Source: Rhizaria sp. SCN 62-66
Lineage: Eukaryota
Assembly (NCBI GenBank): GCA_001724265.1
Contig: MEDY01000028.1
Location: 62,001 to 122,604, forward strand
Reading direction: 5' to 3'
Length of the DNA stretch: 60,604 nucleotides
The notes beneath the pieces are model-generated. The model saw only the letters and a program-made list of their open reading frames with translations, searched no databases and was not told where the DNA came from. This document shows, in pieces, positions 11,119 to 25,040 of the stretch. A program made the position numbers and the translations under genes. Each line of letters starts with the position of its first letter. Within the stretch, counting starts at the first letter, position 1.

Positions 11119-14100
11119 TCACTGAGAAGGCTTAAGGTACCTGTCCCTGAAGGCCTGTGTCTTGTACACGTCATACTCAGGCGCGTCGTCCACCTTAGCC
11201 GCATAAAAACCAGCTAATACTTGACGCGCCGATTCAGGTGCGGCGTCGAGAACCGCAAACACGCGCCGCTCGCGCCGCTCCGCCGCCAGACGTTTGCTTT
11301 CCTCCTCAGTGAGATACAAGTTCTTGCTGCAGCCTTGGGCTTGAGTGCAGGTGGCAACATGGACGTGCATTTTTGCCCGCGTTGATGCAGTTGTGTTTAG
11401 ACATACACCGCAGAAGTGATGGGACGGCAGACTCGTGTTTGCGCATTCCACGGCGGAGCATGCGTCCCAGTCGACTATAATGTGGCCGCAGCCAGGCAGA
11501 GGGCAGTAGTCGCGGTACGCAATCTGCAGCTTCTCAACAACGTCATAGTGTTTTTGCTCTATAGGATTGAGCATCACAAAGTCTGGATCGCCGAAACAAT
11601 GCGTCTTGACGCATGATGTGCACTTGAAGTACTTTGTGTGTGTGTTAACTACGCATGTGGGAATAGAACATACAGATGAAGAGGATTGTTTTGTTGAGAG
11701 TCAATTGTGTCAACGTAATTTAATTCTAAAATAGCTGACCTAAAAGAAAAAAGTGCATCGCGTTTAAGTACCTGCAGTATATAAAACAAACAAGTAAAGA
11801 TAGTTATACTGCGTTCAAGTTTAGATCTTTCACGTACCGTCGCGCAAGAGGTTGTCCTCATGTTGAACCTCGAAACATCCCGTCATAGGACATTTCATTA
11901 GCTTGCGGTGCGGATTAAACTTAATAAAGTTTTCTAGCGCAGCACCAACAAGGCTGTCGAAATCTTCCCTGCTCAGCGCGCCAACTGGTAGGTCGCACAA
12001 TAGAAGCGGTTGCGCGGTCGTTGCAGGACACAGCGCGCATTTTAGATCGCCTCTCCTAAGCGCTGGCAGGGCACCCTGCAGACACTCTGTACAGAGCAGA
12101 TGCTCGCACAAAACGGGAGCAAGACCCAGGTTTAACTTTGACACAGGCTCTAAACAACACGAGCATTGAGACTTGGCACCACTGCTCTGAAGTTTCTTCA
12201 GGCGCGTTTCGTCTGCCTCCTTGAAAAAGTGTCCTTTGTTTTTCAAAGCTTCTTCAAATGTCTCAACCTGCCGTTTAGAGCCAGAGACGTAGTATGATTT
12301 CTTCATATCTGACACTTCATGCTCAATCAGGGTGACGCCACTGCCTATGTGAGCAGTGTAGATGGCTTCAGCAGGCGTGAGAGCGGAAAGCTCGACAGGT
12401 TTATCAACAATTTGCATAGCGCCAAGCCCTTCCTCAAGTGTGGCAACGTTTTCGAGCAGCCGTTTGCTCGACAATGTACCACCGTAAACAAAAATCGCAC
12501 CAGACATGCGACAATAACGACCCCACGCAGACACGCTGTCGTTACCAACACCGTTGCGGTTGCTTACAAGCGCGGCAAGCCTCTTTGTTGCGGTCGGCCC
12601 TGCCATGCGCTGAACAATGTTTGCGCACCCACTTGCAACAGCACTAACTTTGCGAGCAACACACGTGACTTCCTTTTCGGAAAACTCGCGGAGCTCATCA
12701 ATTCGGTCAGTACTGGGCAGTCCCACTGTGATCATGACGCAATTTTTGCGTGAGTAGTCAACTCCGACAGCAGCTTTGTCTTCAGGTAGCCCAACTTCCG
12801 CAGTAAGACACCTTTGTACATCTTTTCCAAGTGCACTGCCAGCATCAACAGGCATTGTGATTGTCAAAAGCGTTATTTCTCCATGACACTGGAGATTATC
12901 GCCGTTGCCAAGCTCAGACGCCGTGGGCACAGCGGGACACGACGCCAAAGTCACATCGGCGTAGTAGCGCTTTGGCTTGGACTTGTAAAGAAACCCGGAG
13001 GATATGACCTTCATGTTGCGCCCTGTGACAATTGCCGGCAGCTTGAATGTGCCGCTTGCGGACCATGTAAAGCGCACACACTGCTCTACGCGCCGGCGCA
13101 CAGTTGTGTCAGGGCTGACGCGCGGATCGCCGTCAGTTGTTGCAAGCAAGTGTGATGTTTGCGTAAAACGAGTGGATAAGTTGCTACCGTTGCTCTTAAG
13201 ATACTGGACAACCGTATCAGCAGCCGCACTGCCCGTGCACACGAGTGTTACACACATTTTATCGGAATTTGCCTGTTTTGCTGTAAGAACAGACACAACA
13301 TGCTGACGCACACCAAGCAACACACGTTCACAAAGTCGGGTCTCTGGGTAGCACTCTGTGAGCGGCACGTTATTAATGCGCACCATAGCGGTCTTGCCAC
13401 CAGGTAACACATCTCGAACTTTTAGCCCCGCACCGCAAAGGACTGACGTGCCACCTCCAATATCAAACTGACGCATTTCCCCGAGCACGCGATTGTGAGC
13501 GTCCCACATGTAATCCTCTAGACAAGCCATCGCTGTCTGAAGCAGCTATGCGCTGCGTGCGCGAACTGTAACAAAGCCAGATCCAAGTTGTAGCATGCAG
13601 CCATTCATTTCCTCAAAGGCCCGGACACACCAAACATCCGGGAATGCTGCGTTTAGCTGACCCACTGTATACGTGCTGCATTCCTCTTCAACCATCTGCG
13701 GCACTCCATTCTCATACTCGCGGCACTTGTAAGCCACGGATTCGCTTTCACGGGTGATCCACTCGAGTTTGGCGTCGTACGGCGGCGTTAAAATAATATA
13801 CTGATTGTGTACAGCATGCGACGTCAGAAAAATTGACCAGTCACGTGCCTTGACAATTGTCTCTGCCTTTTGCGGACGCCAGTTTGTCAAGATTTTGCCG
13901 CTTGTGACATGGATGTACTGCGCTTGGAAGAGCGCTTGGCTATTCTGCGCCGCTGCATCTCGAACAATATTAGGCACAAGCTTGCGTAGGGCGTGCGTAT
14001 AATAGCCAGCTGCAACGCACTCACACACCAATGCAGGGGTGATGTCTTCGCGCAAAGGTTGCACGTCAAGAGCCCTCGGATCTTTGCAGACCCCGAGAAA

Positions 14101-16650
14101 AAAACCCTTAAAGTCTTTGCGCGCGCAATTAATCCATCCCTGCGCACGCGTAAAGTACTCGCGCGGCAGATTGGTCAATCTTAGGATCGAATTCTGACCT
14201 TTCCGGTCGTTTGCCGCCGTCACCGTCATCCAGTCTACAATAGCCCCAACGCAGATGGAGAGCGGTACACTTTTACTCATTCGCACTGTGCTGCTACTGG
14301 AGGTGCTCTTGCGTTCACCAACCGCTGTAGAATCATACGATGTTGCATCACGTCCGATGTAGTCATGAGTTGATAGATGCACAAGCTGCAGCGCTGCAGC
14401 AATGTACAGACCGACTGCATTTTTGTACCGATACATCGCTTCGCAAACGACACGAGTCAGCTCAATGGAGCACCCCCCAACAACGCTTAACTGTCCGTAT
14501 TCAGTCACTAAGTAGCTTTTTCCGTCATTAGTCACCGCCTTCAGGTCACACAAGTCTTTGAGCGCATGAGTTACGCTGTTCTCTGTTGGCTCTTCAAACC
14601 ACCTAAACTTGAGCGGGTTTTTTCGGAGCGAGATAAGTGCCATGAGCGTTGTTTGCAACGGCTGACAAAGGACTGCAGGGCGATTGAAAGCGGGGAACTG
14701 CCCAAAGTCGTTACGACTATACAGGCGGACGCACGTGCCGGTCCGCGTGCGACCAGCGCGACCGGCACGCTGCTTGGCAGATGCTTGTGAAATAGACTGG
14801 AGTGACACATGAGCAATATGCGTCTCCGGGTTGAACTCTGTCACGGAGCGCAGACCAGGATCAATGACCACAGTAACACCATCAATAGTCAGTGATGTCT
14901 CAGCCATTGTTGTTGCCAGATACACGGTGCAACCTGCCAGAGTGGTCGTAAAATGCCGCTCAGCAAGTTGCTTCTTCTTGTTCAGAGCGGCACTGTCCGC
15001 ATTCCGGATCTCATCCAGATTCGTAGCATCTATTAACTCACTTTCACTGTCTGTCAGCGTCACTACCTGATACTTTGCAGCAACAGCCATGCCACGTGTG
15101 TGTGCAGGCCGTTGCAGCAGTCGGCCTGCTGCTTTAACGTCGGCGTCTGTAGGAAGAAACACGAGAATATTGCCACGCAGTTGCCCGCATAGGTCGCCGC
15201 GGAAGCACTCGTCTACGGCGCGCACGGCTGCAGCCACAACACTGTTGGCACTCAGACGCTCCAAAGGAGGACGATACATAACATTGAGCCAATTGCGAGA
15301 AGTCTCAATATCAACGTGGCTAACTGAGAGTCCCGAGTTCTCAAAGTAGTCCGCGAATGCTTTGGCGTCAATTGTGCCTGACATAACGACCGTCTTGACA
15401 CCCGCCCGCGCAGCGTCAATGGCGAGCTCTAGCAGAATATCACTTTCAACAGTGCGCGTATGAGCCTCATCAATAACCATACAGCCTAGCTGTTGTCCGG
15501 GCACAAGGTCCATAACTTGCTCCCCGCACAAGCAGGCGACGAGCTCGCGGTAGGCGCTAATGACGTCACTCTCAGAAGCATATGCCACACGAGTATCAGA
15601 TTTAGCGTCAGCACACGCGCTTTTAAGACAGAGAACAACATCTGGGTGTTCCTTCCTGAGCTCTTTGATGACTTCACTAATGCTCTCAATAGCTTTCTTG
15701 TCGCCGGCGTCGGTGACGCAGTTGCGCAAGAGCCCGCGTACCTTGTAGCAGTCACCAGAAAAAATTACGCCTGTGTACGCAGCAAGACTCTTGGCCGCGA
15801 TGCGGTGTGGTTGCGAGCATAGCACAAGTTTTCCTTGCATGCTCTCCAGATCAGCGAGATATTGCGGCACAAGCGTGCTCTTGCCGCATCCAGGCGCACC
15901 CGTGATGAGTACGACATCATTACTCGCCACCGCGGCCTCGATATCATGCCGGACCCACCGCGCAGCGTAGTTACCGTTCAGCAGCGCGGCTTCACGCCAG
16001 ACAAAGCTAAAAAACTCGCGATATCGGTTAATGTTGAAGGCATTGTCAAGCGCCACTAGCTTGGACTGAATGCGCACCCGCGCGTTGTGTACGTACTGCG
16101 TAAGCGCGGCATTCTCAATGAGACTGTCTTCATCAGAGAGTTTCCCCAGCTGAACCCGCGTCACGCTGTCGACCACCACTTCAAAGTGGCCAACGCAGCG
16201 CTGTGCAAGTTCGCACGCCGTGGTCAGACTTAGCTCTGTTGAAGTGCGGTGATGCCGCGCGAGGGTGGTTGTTGGGGTGGGGCGGGCTGCAGCTGCAGTA
16301 CGCATCTGGTGCGACCGAAAAACAGACTCAGGGTTTTTGTTTGCAGCCACCTCGTGCCACGTCAATTTTGAGATGGGCTTTACAGCATGGGGCTTGCTTT
16401 TGCTTTCCTCAAAGCCCGGATCGTCGATATGGGTGTATGGACATACCATACCCGAGCGAGGAGCAATCGCGCACATTTTCCGCAAGCCCTGGTAGCTACA
16501 CAGGGGGGTCAAGATCACATGGCGATTGCTACACCCAGTATCATGACACAGTGCTCGCAGCACATAGTAACACAAAGGGACACCTGAATGGTAACGACAG
16601 TTATGATTAAAGCAATCGTCGCCGAACCTGCACGTTGACTCGTGTGACAT
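11119..16650 (-). CDS. CCCH zinc finger + DEAH-box helicase + RING-IBR-RING (RBR) E3 ligase fusion, ~1780 aa; exons 16650-11838 and 11648-11119; in-frame TAG at 13546-13548
   Basis: N-terminal C-x-C-x-C-x-H clusters; helicase motifs GAPGCGKST, QPHRIAA, DEAH, MSGT, QRAGRAGR; RING1 (CSCC...CEHLLCTEC...CALC); IBR-like CPMTGC...CTSC; RING2 CPLPGC...DWDACSAVEC...HFCGVC. The GTACGT...TAG intron keeps the frame. Ends in TGA. Confidence 0.8.
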
Positions 16651-17586
16651 TTTCGGGATTGCTTGCTGCTGAATCCATATCAAAAAGTGGGAGCGACGAT
16701 ATGAGAAAAACAGCTTTTGCAATGAATAATATGAGTTTAATGGATAAATAACACAATATATAGTCACCATTGTTTGCAGTTCATGAAACCGTCCAAGAGC
16801 GTGCGTATGTGAATAGGCCAACACACCGGAAACACACATGCCGACACAACCGGCCACATCACCCGATAACGGGAGTTCTATTGACATTGTCGACAAATCT
16901 AACACGATGATATAGCCTAACACTGCAATTTCATAGCGAATTATTGTCTCTGTACATAACGATCCACAAAAGGATTCTCTCTACAAGATGACGGCGAGAT
17001 GATGGGCTAACCTGTTTTTATCAGATTTTGCATTCAAATATGTACTGTACACAATCGGCCGATGTCATTTCACAATATTTAATCTTGGTTTTGCGGCGCA
17101 AAAAGATAGAACGATTAACAAATAACGTTCTCACTATGGTCAAGGCGTGGAACTATTTCTTGGACAAACTGGCAATCAGTCCACGTTATTGCTCTCAGTC
17201 ACTTTTCCTAACACTATGGGGTGTGGCTATCGGCATCTAGTTCATCATGTAGAACGCGATTTGGATTTGTCTCAAAAAGTACATTTATATATATATTTTC
17301 AGTCGACAAGCCTGCGTTCGTCATAAGGTGAAACATGAAAATATCATACAACAGAATTTACTCGCCTCAGTGCAACCACGCAAGACTATCAAGCAGCTGT
17401 GTTCTGCGATGGTCGTATCATATGTTGTATTTGTACAGCATTTCACCCAGTATGTTTCTAAGTAACCTGTGGTCCGCGTCATCCTTCTATCGAGTGTCAG
17501 AGGCGAGGGCTTGCGCGAGCAGAATTCCGCTCGGTCTCCTTAAGTTAAGTTCGAAGGTAAGGAAGCTTCGACGAGCAGCGGCGTGC

Positions 17587-18772
17587 TTACCTGATACGCT
17601 CAGCGACCCAGTCAAAAGCAACAACCATAATGCCACCGCCGGGCCCCAGACGCAGCAGACGCGGCGCGAGGCCCTTGTAGAGCGCGCGCAGCCCTTCTTC
17701 GCGGCCTACAGTCATCACAGACGGCCACGCCCAGCGGTACTTGGGCAGCTCCCCGGGCGCGGCGCGCGAGTTCTGGATGCGCGACTTAACGACGTCAAAC
17801 TGTGTACGCGCGGGCAAACATATATCAGCCACAATCGAGCATAGAAAGATGATGATACACAGATTGAGTCAGGCAATAATAATGAGAACGTGTGAGTGTG
17901 GGCTCAGCAAGGGTAGGAATGAGATGAAAAACAGTTGCATAAACAAAACGCACAGAGATTAGAAGCAGGTCAAATCACCCACATAACGAGGTGGCTGCAT
18001 AGTGATGTGACGTACGGGCGTGTTCATGAAGGATGCAATTCCACCGGCGGTACAGCCAGTGACGAGGTTGTGGAGCAACTTCTCGTTGCTGCTTGCACCG
18101 GGCTTAGTGGGGTACATGTTGCGCACAGTGCCAATGACACCAAAGTAGGTTCCGTTCCACACGCCGTTACGCCAAAGCTGGGACTCGAAGCCGCGGTAGA
18201 GACCGCGGAAGAAGCCCTCAGCGCGCACAGTCTTTGCGAAGCAGTCGAGCGTCGACGCGTACAGCGCACGGCCGTCGGACGCTTGCATGCGGACCTTGAC
18301 AACCTCGAACGGACAGTTCAGCACGACCTCGGACACACCCGCTAGAGTGCCCGCAGCAGTGGCACCCGCGCTGGACAGAGTGCCGTCGTTGGCGCGGAAC
18401 CACTTCTTGTAGAGCTCGTTGGAAGAGAACTTGATCGCGCGTTTCGGCGCCTCAGCCAGCACAGGCGCAGAGATACCCCGGTAAAAAGAGCCCCAGCCTT
18501 CGGTGGTCACAATTTGGCGACACGCCGCGGCCATTGTAAGGCGCGAAGTAGCCAGCTGCGCGCGCGTCTTGAGCACATCGGTCGGGTACATGGCCAGGAT
18601 CTCGGCCACGCCCGCGACGCCACCGGCAATGAACTGAGGTATACAATCATGAAAACGCGAATCAAAACAAAGTGAGACGCATATTTTACAAAGTGGTGTT
18701 TCATTTTCAAATGTTTGAGATCGATAATGTTGGACGTACATGCTTGTGGAAGGGAAGATCTCCGTGAGACAT
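17587..18772 (-). CDS. Mitochondrial carrier, 2-oxodicarboxylate carrier-like (ODC/SLC25A21); exons 18772-18740, 18633-18016, 17799-17587
   Basis: Three carrier repeats (PTDVLKTR, PFEVVKVR, PFDVVKSR), plus EAPKRAIKF, RNGVWNGTYFG and RLGPGGG. Two GTACGT...CAG introns keep the frame. Confidence 0.88.
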
Positions 18773-21700
18773 CGCAACCTGCCCTTTAAAATGACGTGGA
18801 AAAAAAGTAGGTTCAAAAGAGGGATGCATGAGTGATATGAAGAGTTTTATTGAAATAAAATAAACTAACAGTTTCAACTCAGTGGAAAAACAAGATCGAT
18901 TCCTTATTGACGATGAGTCTACAAAGTACAGAGGTGTTGAATCCTTCGTCCCCCTTCGCACCCATCTGCTCGCTCCAGCAACGGTCACCACAGTTTGGCC
19001 AAATCTTAATCAATCAGCATAAACGACTTCACAAGCGTATGTGCGCAATGAACAGAGACAAGGTAATAATATATAGTGACGATTACCTGATGTATTCCAG
19101 TAAAAACACGCGTAGAAAACACATACACACGCTACATCACGTCGCCCAAGTGGCGAGCCAAACGCGCGGCCCAGTTTTACAGCCACGTTCAAGTGCGCAC
19201 AAGGGACAACGAAAGAGTAAAGAGCAAGAAAATAATAGCCAGTGACACGCAAATAACGCTTGTGCAACTGAGACGATAGACACAACTGAACCCAAAAAGA
19301 CAGAAAGAAACCAAAGACTGTAGATCAGACGGATGGGTGCGGGACGGAGACAGCGACACCTACGTAGACGCGCAACTGCAACAGAGCAGCGCCACACTCG
19401 ACGCGTGCACGCATGCGGACCGGGCGGGCCACATCGCAACACGACGCTGCATGTGCGCATACCATGTGGTTTGTCTTAAGTAGGGGGCGCTGTGGCGTGG
19501 CAAAAAGGCCATGCGGTAGCGGTTTTGGTGAAGAGCGGAGATGGACGTAGTTATTGTTGTCGTGGTGGTGTTACTAATGTGGTAAAGGCGTATGAGGCGC
19601 GCACGAGGCCCTCCGGCGTGCTGCGTTAGATAAAATAGATATCGATAGATATGTGATGTGGACGGGACTTGGGGGCGGAAGAGTGGCGCAAGCGAGACCA
19701 GATCGAGACCAAACTTGTCACGCACAGTGCACGGGTTTGCAAGCGTCCGTGTTGCACGACCAAGAGACCGAGAAAACAAGACGGACACAGTGCATGCACA
19801 CACACATAAGCGCGACATCAGAGAAATTGCAATTCAGGAGCGCACAACACTCGTATGCAGCGCAACGGGTGCCACGCGCCAAACGCGCCGTGGTAGGTTG
19901 CCAACTTCTGCATGCAAATCGAGCTGTGACCACCGAGACTGCGACTGTGACCGAGATGTAGGTGGCAATGACGTGAGGTTTGTTGATCCGGACCGGCTCC
20001 TGCGCTACACACACACGCACACACACGCACACACACACGCACATCCTCTTGAGTGGCGAGGTCGGTGCGCTTACGCGCGCGCCAGAGCAGACAAAAGGTG
20101 AAAACACACCATTACCAAACTGGGCCGGGCGCAAGTGCGGGCGAGTGTGCGGGCAGAGAGTGAGTATAAGTGATCACAAAAGAGTGTGAGGGTGAAAACA
20201 CGGCTGGGGGGCAGGGTGGCGGTTGCAGCGTGATGCGGCACGGTGCGTCGCAGCGCGTGGGGTGCGGCCACCACTGCACGGAGACGCAAGCAACGCCGGT
20301 ACAGTGGGATACACGCACACACACGAAATGACGCGGCGGCGTTGGCACGCACGCACTGCAGACCAGGGAATCAGGGACGGGAGAGACGAAGATGGAGAAG
20401 AAGACGAAAGAGCGGGGAAATTGTGGGGCGCGCGAGAAGCGCGCGGCGCGCGGCGCTGGGGGCGAGACGGCGGGGTACGATTGCGAGCCACGGCACGGGC
20501 GCGCGCGATAAATTTGACATTGTTGTCGTTGTTTAGCGAGAAAAAGAAAAGTGACGAAAATGAAAATAAAATAATGAAACACAAAAAATGTTCATGTTTG
20601 AGGAATGGTACACACAGACATTGCACACAATCCTCAGCAATGCACAACATTCGCATGTACAACATTCGCATACAAAGGGATGAACGAAAGCTGTGAAGGG
20701 ACCGACGCATAACGGGCTACAAAAACAAACAATCAGAAAACAAATAAGGACAGCTCAACGCAGTCACGCGCTGGCAACGAGAAAAAGAAACAGAAAATAA
20801 GATAAACACCTTTGAGGCTGGCAAAGTTCAGCACAATTAAAAGAAGTTTCATGTTAAAAAATAAATGAACAAAAGATAGAAAAAAACATCGCCGAAAATG
20901 AGAGCTAGAGTCGTCGAGTGAGTACATGTGTGTTCGTTCGCCCCCTGCACAGCACCCGGCCACGCCCGCGCGCGCACACAGCGCACTCAGACACGCGGCC
21001 GCGACTGTGCGGGCGATTGGTTCCCGCGCGCTCACTTCACGGAGTATATGAGCGTGTGCGTCACACAGCGGGCGGGGCGCGCCGCGGGCTCGGGTCCAGT
21101 AAAAGCATACGGACACTCAAGAGCCAACAAGCGGGCCCCACTCGCTCTGCGAAGCGCGCGCGCGCACACACAAAACGGTGCGTATGCGTGATTGGCAAAG
21201 CAGCGCGGGTGAGAGCGGCGCCGGCGAACGCACCGATGCGAGCGCAAGTCGCTGCCGAGGCAAAAAACGACGTCGAAAGAACAAATCAAAATCGAAATTT
21301 TTCGAAAATGGGCGAACTCGTACGATTAGCAAGTGTGACGTCCGGCGCTTAAAGCGCGGGGCGCCGCTGCCATCCACAGCGCCACAGATGCAACCGACAG
21401 CGGTCACCCGCCACACAGAGAGAACAGCATGCGAGAGTGTCGGAGAAAAACCAAACGACTACACGCATGCGTGAACAGTCGATTGGTGAATGCGGGGCGG
21501 GAAGACGCGCAAAACGAAATTGAAATAATATCAAAATAAGATATAACATAATAATTTTTGTGATTGTTACATTGACAAAAAGATCTTCACACACACTGCA
21601 ACACACAACGACCGAGACCTAAACGCGGGCTCAGCCATCGCTGAAAGAGGGGGATAGAGGGGGAGAGAAATAATGATGGAGCAAGGCGACTTGCGAACGC

Positions 21701-22186
21701 GCAAGACATTGCGACTGGCACATGAGTAGAGTAATGTAAAGAGAAATTGGATCACGGGGTGATTAGGGGCGAAACAGCTGCTTATGCGGACTGTCCTGCA
21801 CTGTATGTTGCGTCTTCCGTCGGGGGGCTGTGCCGCCGCGGCGGGCCAGCGCGACGACAGCTGTGCCGCCGCGGCGGGGGAGCGCGACTACAGAGCTCGC
21901 AACAACCATCGCACGCGCGGAAAACGCGCGGCAAGGCCGTCATTGTCATGGTGGCGATTGAAAATAAAACGTTATTCATTCTTATGCGCATCATAAGTGC
22001 GTTTGAAAGGACGACGACTACGAACAAATTAGAAAAAAGTAACCATTGGTAACCGACAAACTATTTTTGTGATGACAGCAGCAAAATAAACATAATACTG
22101 TACGCAAGCCTCATAGTTTCACACACATAAGCATTTTTTCAGTCACTGACCGACGCGCTTACTGGCAGACTGACAGACTGGCTGGC

Positions 22187-25009
22187 TTACTTGCGAGCAG
22201 CGCCTGCGCCGCCACCGGGCGGCGGACGGCCACCGCGCACGCGCTTGCCACCGCCCTCGGCCGGGGCCGGAGCTGGTGCCGGAGCCGGTGTCGGTGTCTG
22301 CGTGCCTGCGCTTGCGCTGTTGCCTTCGGGCGACGCGCCTGTAGCAGCGGTTGGGGCTGCGGCGGCTGCGGCAGCGGCAGCGGCAGCGGCGGCGGCGGCA
22401 GCAAGCGATGCCGCAGAGACGCCGCGACCGCCCCGCACCACAGGAGCCTGCTCCTGCTGCTGCTGCTGTTGCTGATGTTGACCTGAGCGCTGACGGTTGC
22501 GCGGCTGAGCCTGCGCCTGCGCGTGAGCCTGAGTCGACCCGGGGCCCTGGCCCTTAGACGGTCCTGGGGTCGGGGTCTGCGTCAGGCTGCTGCCGCCGCT
22601 GCTGCCGCCGCTGTGGCCGCCGCGGTGACCGTGGCCGTGGCGGTCGCTCGGGCTCTGCTGCTGCTGCTGCTGGTGTTGATGTTGCTGTTGTTGCTGCGGA
22701 TGGGGACGCGGCTGCTGCTGCGTCTGCTGGTAAAGCTGGGGGAACTGTTGTGCGTACTGATCCTGGTCCCGCGGCTCCACTTGCATCGGCCGCAACGGCA
22801 GAGGCAGCTCACGGCGCTTTCTCCGCTGCTGTTGCTGCTGATGCTGTGGCGATGCAGCGCCGTGCGGTGACTGCTGGCGCGACTGCCGGTGGTGGGGGTG
22901 CTCGGCGCCGTGCTGACGCTGGCTGTGGCTGTGGTGCGACTGCAGCGCGGCAGACTGGCCCTGGCCCTGGCCCTGGTACGCCGGATGCAGCTGTTGGTGC
23001 TGCTGCGGGGATATAGTCCGCAGCAGCGGCGCGAGCGCGGCCGCGGCCTCCATGGGCCCCACGCCCTCGGGCACCATCGCGAGCAGACCCGCGAGCACGG
23101 CGGGCGCGGGCGCGGGGGCGAACCCGCGCGCGGCGAGTGCGGCCGCCACGGCGGTCACGCGCGCGGGCGAGGCCGCGGGCGCCGCGGGGGACTGCTGCTG
23201 CAGCTGCTGCTGCGCTCCCGCTCCCGCGCCGTTGCTGTTGCTGTTGTTGCCGTTGTTGTTGGCGCGCGGGAGCAGCGAAGGCACAGGCGCTTCGTCCTCG
23301 GTGGGAACCGAGACGGAGGACGCCGAGACCGAGGGCGTGGACGATGACGCGGAAGTGCCCGAGACTGAGTAGTCGGCCCAGGCTTTCATCGTCATCATCT
23401 GTGCGACTGTGCCCACCGCCGCGCCGCCGCTCGCAGCACCGCCGCTCGCAGCCCCCGCGTTGGCGTTAGGGCCAGCGCCAGAGCCAGCGCCAGAGCCAGA
23501 GCCAGTGGCAGCGCCAGTGGCGGCGCAAGTGGTGGCGGCGCCGGGCCCGATGCGGCCGGCCGAGGCCTTGTCGACCACCAGCCTCAGCGCGAGCGCCGCA
23601 GGTGAGGCCGCCGGCGCCGGTGCCCCCGCCTCAGCACTATGGGCTGCAGACGACGCGGGCAGTACCGCGGTGCCTCTAGCGCTGGCGGGGACCGAGGGCG
23701 CGGCGGCCGAGGGGCGCGCGGCGAGTGTGCGGGATAGACCGGGGGAGCGGCTGCGGCTGCGAGCGGAGCCGTGCTGCTTCTTGCTGCTGCTGCTGCTGCC
23801 GCTGCGACCGCTGCCGCGGAAACCGTAGGTGTGGCTGTTGTTGAGACTGCTCTGATGCGGCTGCGGGAGTGGATGTGAATGCGGGTGCGCCTGCGCCTGC
23901 GCCTGCGGTTGCGTGTGCGCGTGAGGCTGGGGTGGAGATTGCGGCTGAAGCTGGGTCTGAGCGTGCGTGTCGTTGCTGCGCGCTGCGTCTTGAGAGAGCG
24001 CTCTCGGGGCGGTTTCAGGCGCGTTCGCAACGGGATGCTGGTCCTGCGACTGCGTCTGCGGCTGAGGCTGAGCTGTTGACGGCGAAGGCTGGGCAATTGC
24101 AGCAGCATGCGCACTCTGCTGCTGCTGCTGCTGTTGTTGTTGCTGGTGATGGACGTGCAGACTGGGCGGCGGCAGCGCGCGCGTGACGTAGACGTACGAG
24201 CCATCCGCGAGCCGCATCAGCACCGGCGGCTCACTCGCCGCTGCCACGGCTGCAGCGCCACCACCCTCAGCAGCTCCGGCCGCAGCCGGAGCCGTCGCCG
24301 TCACAGCGCCAGCGCCCGAAGCAGCTGCGCCCACGGTCGCGCCAGCGCCGTCGCCGCTCTGCGCCGCCGGACTGGCAACTGCGAGCGCGGCCTCGGCCCC
24401 CGGCGGCAGCACCGTCGTCAGCGGCGGCGGCGGCGCGTGCGTCGCCGTCGCGTGGCCATGCGTCGGCAGGGACAGGGCCGCTGGCCCCGGCGGCGGCGCG
24501 GTCGGATACGCAGGGTAAGGGTGCGCCGCGAGGCCCCCAGTGAGCGCGTGACCGTGACCGTGACCGTGACCGTGGCTGTGACCGTGCGGTAGCTGGTGCG
24601 GGTGGAGCGCGGCGTGCGCCGCGTGGACCGCGTGCGCGTGCGCGTGCGGCGGGTAGTAGGGCGAGTAGCCCGCCGCGCCAGGACTGGACGCCGCCGTCCC
24701 CGGTCTCGGCCCGGGCCCGTGGGCAGGACCGTGGCTGTGGCTGGGACTGTGCGCAGCGGCATAGTACTGCGACGGTGCGTACATATGCGCGTGCGGGTGC
24801 GGAAGCGGCGGGTAGCCGTACGCCGCCATCGCGTGTGCCTGCGCCTGCGCTTGCGCCTGAGCCTGTGCCTGTGCGTGGGCTGCGTGCGCCGCGTGCGCGG
24901 CGTGCTGGAGCGAGAGGCCCGGCGGCGGCGCATAGTACGGGTACGGGGCGTACGGCGGGTAGCCCGCGGCGCCGGCGGGGGGCGGCCCAGTCGCATACGC
25001 GGCAGCAGC

Positions 25010-25040
<31 letters not shown>

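Noticed and set aside
19010-22052. Many short ORFs in the long intergenic region
   Set aside because: Overlapping on both strands, repeat-derived, with no domains or coherent codon bias.
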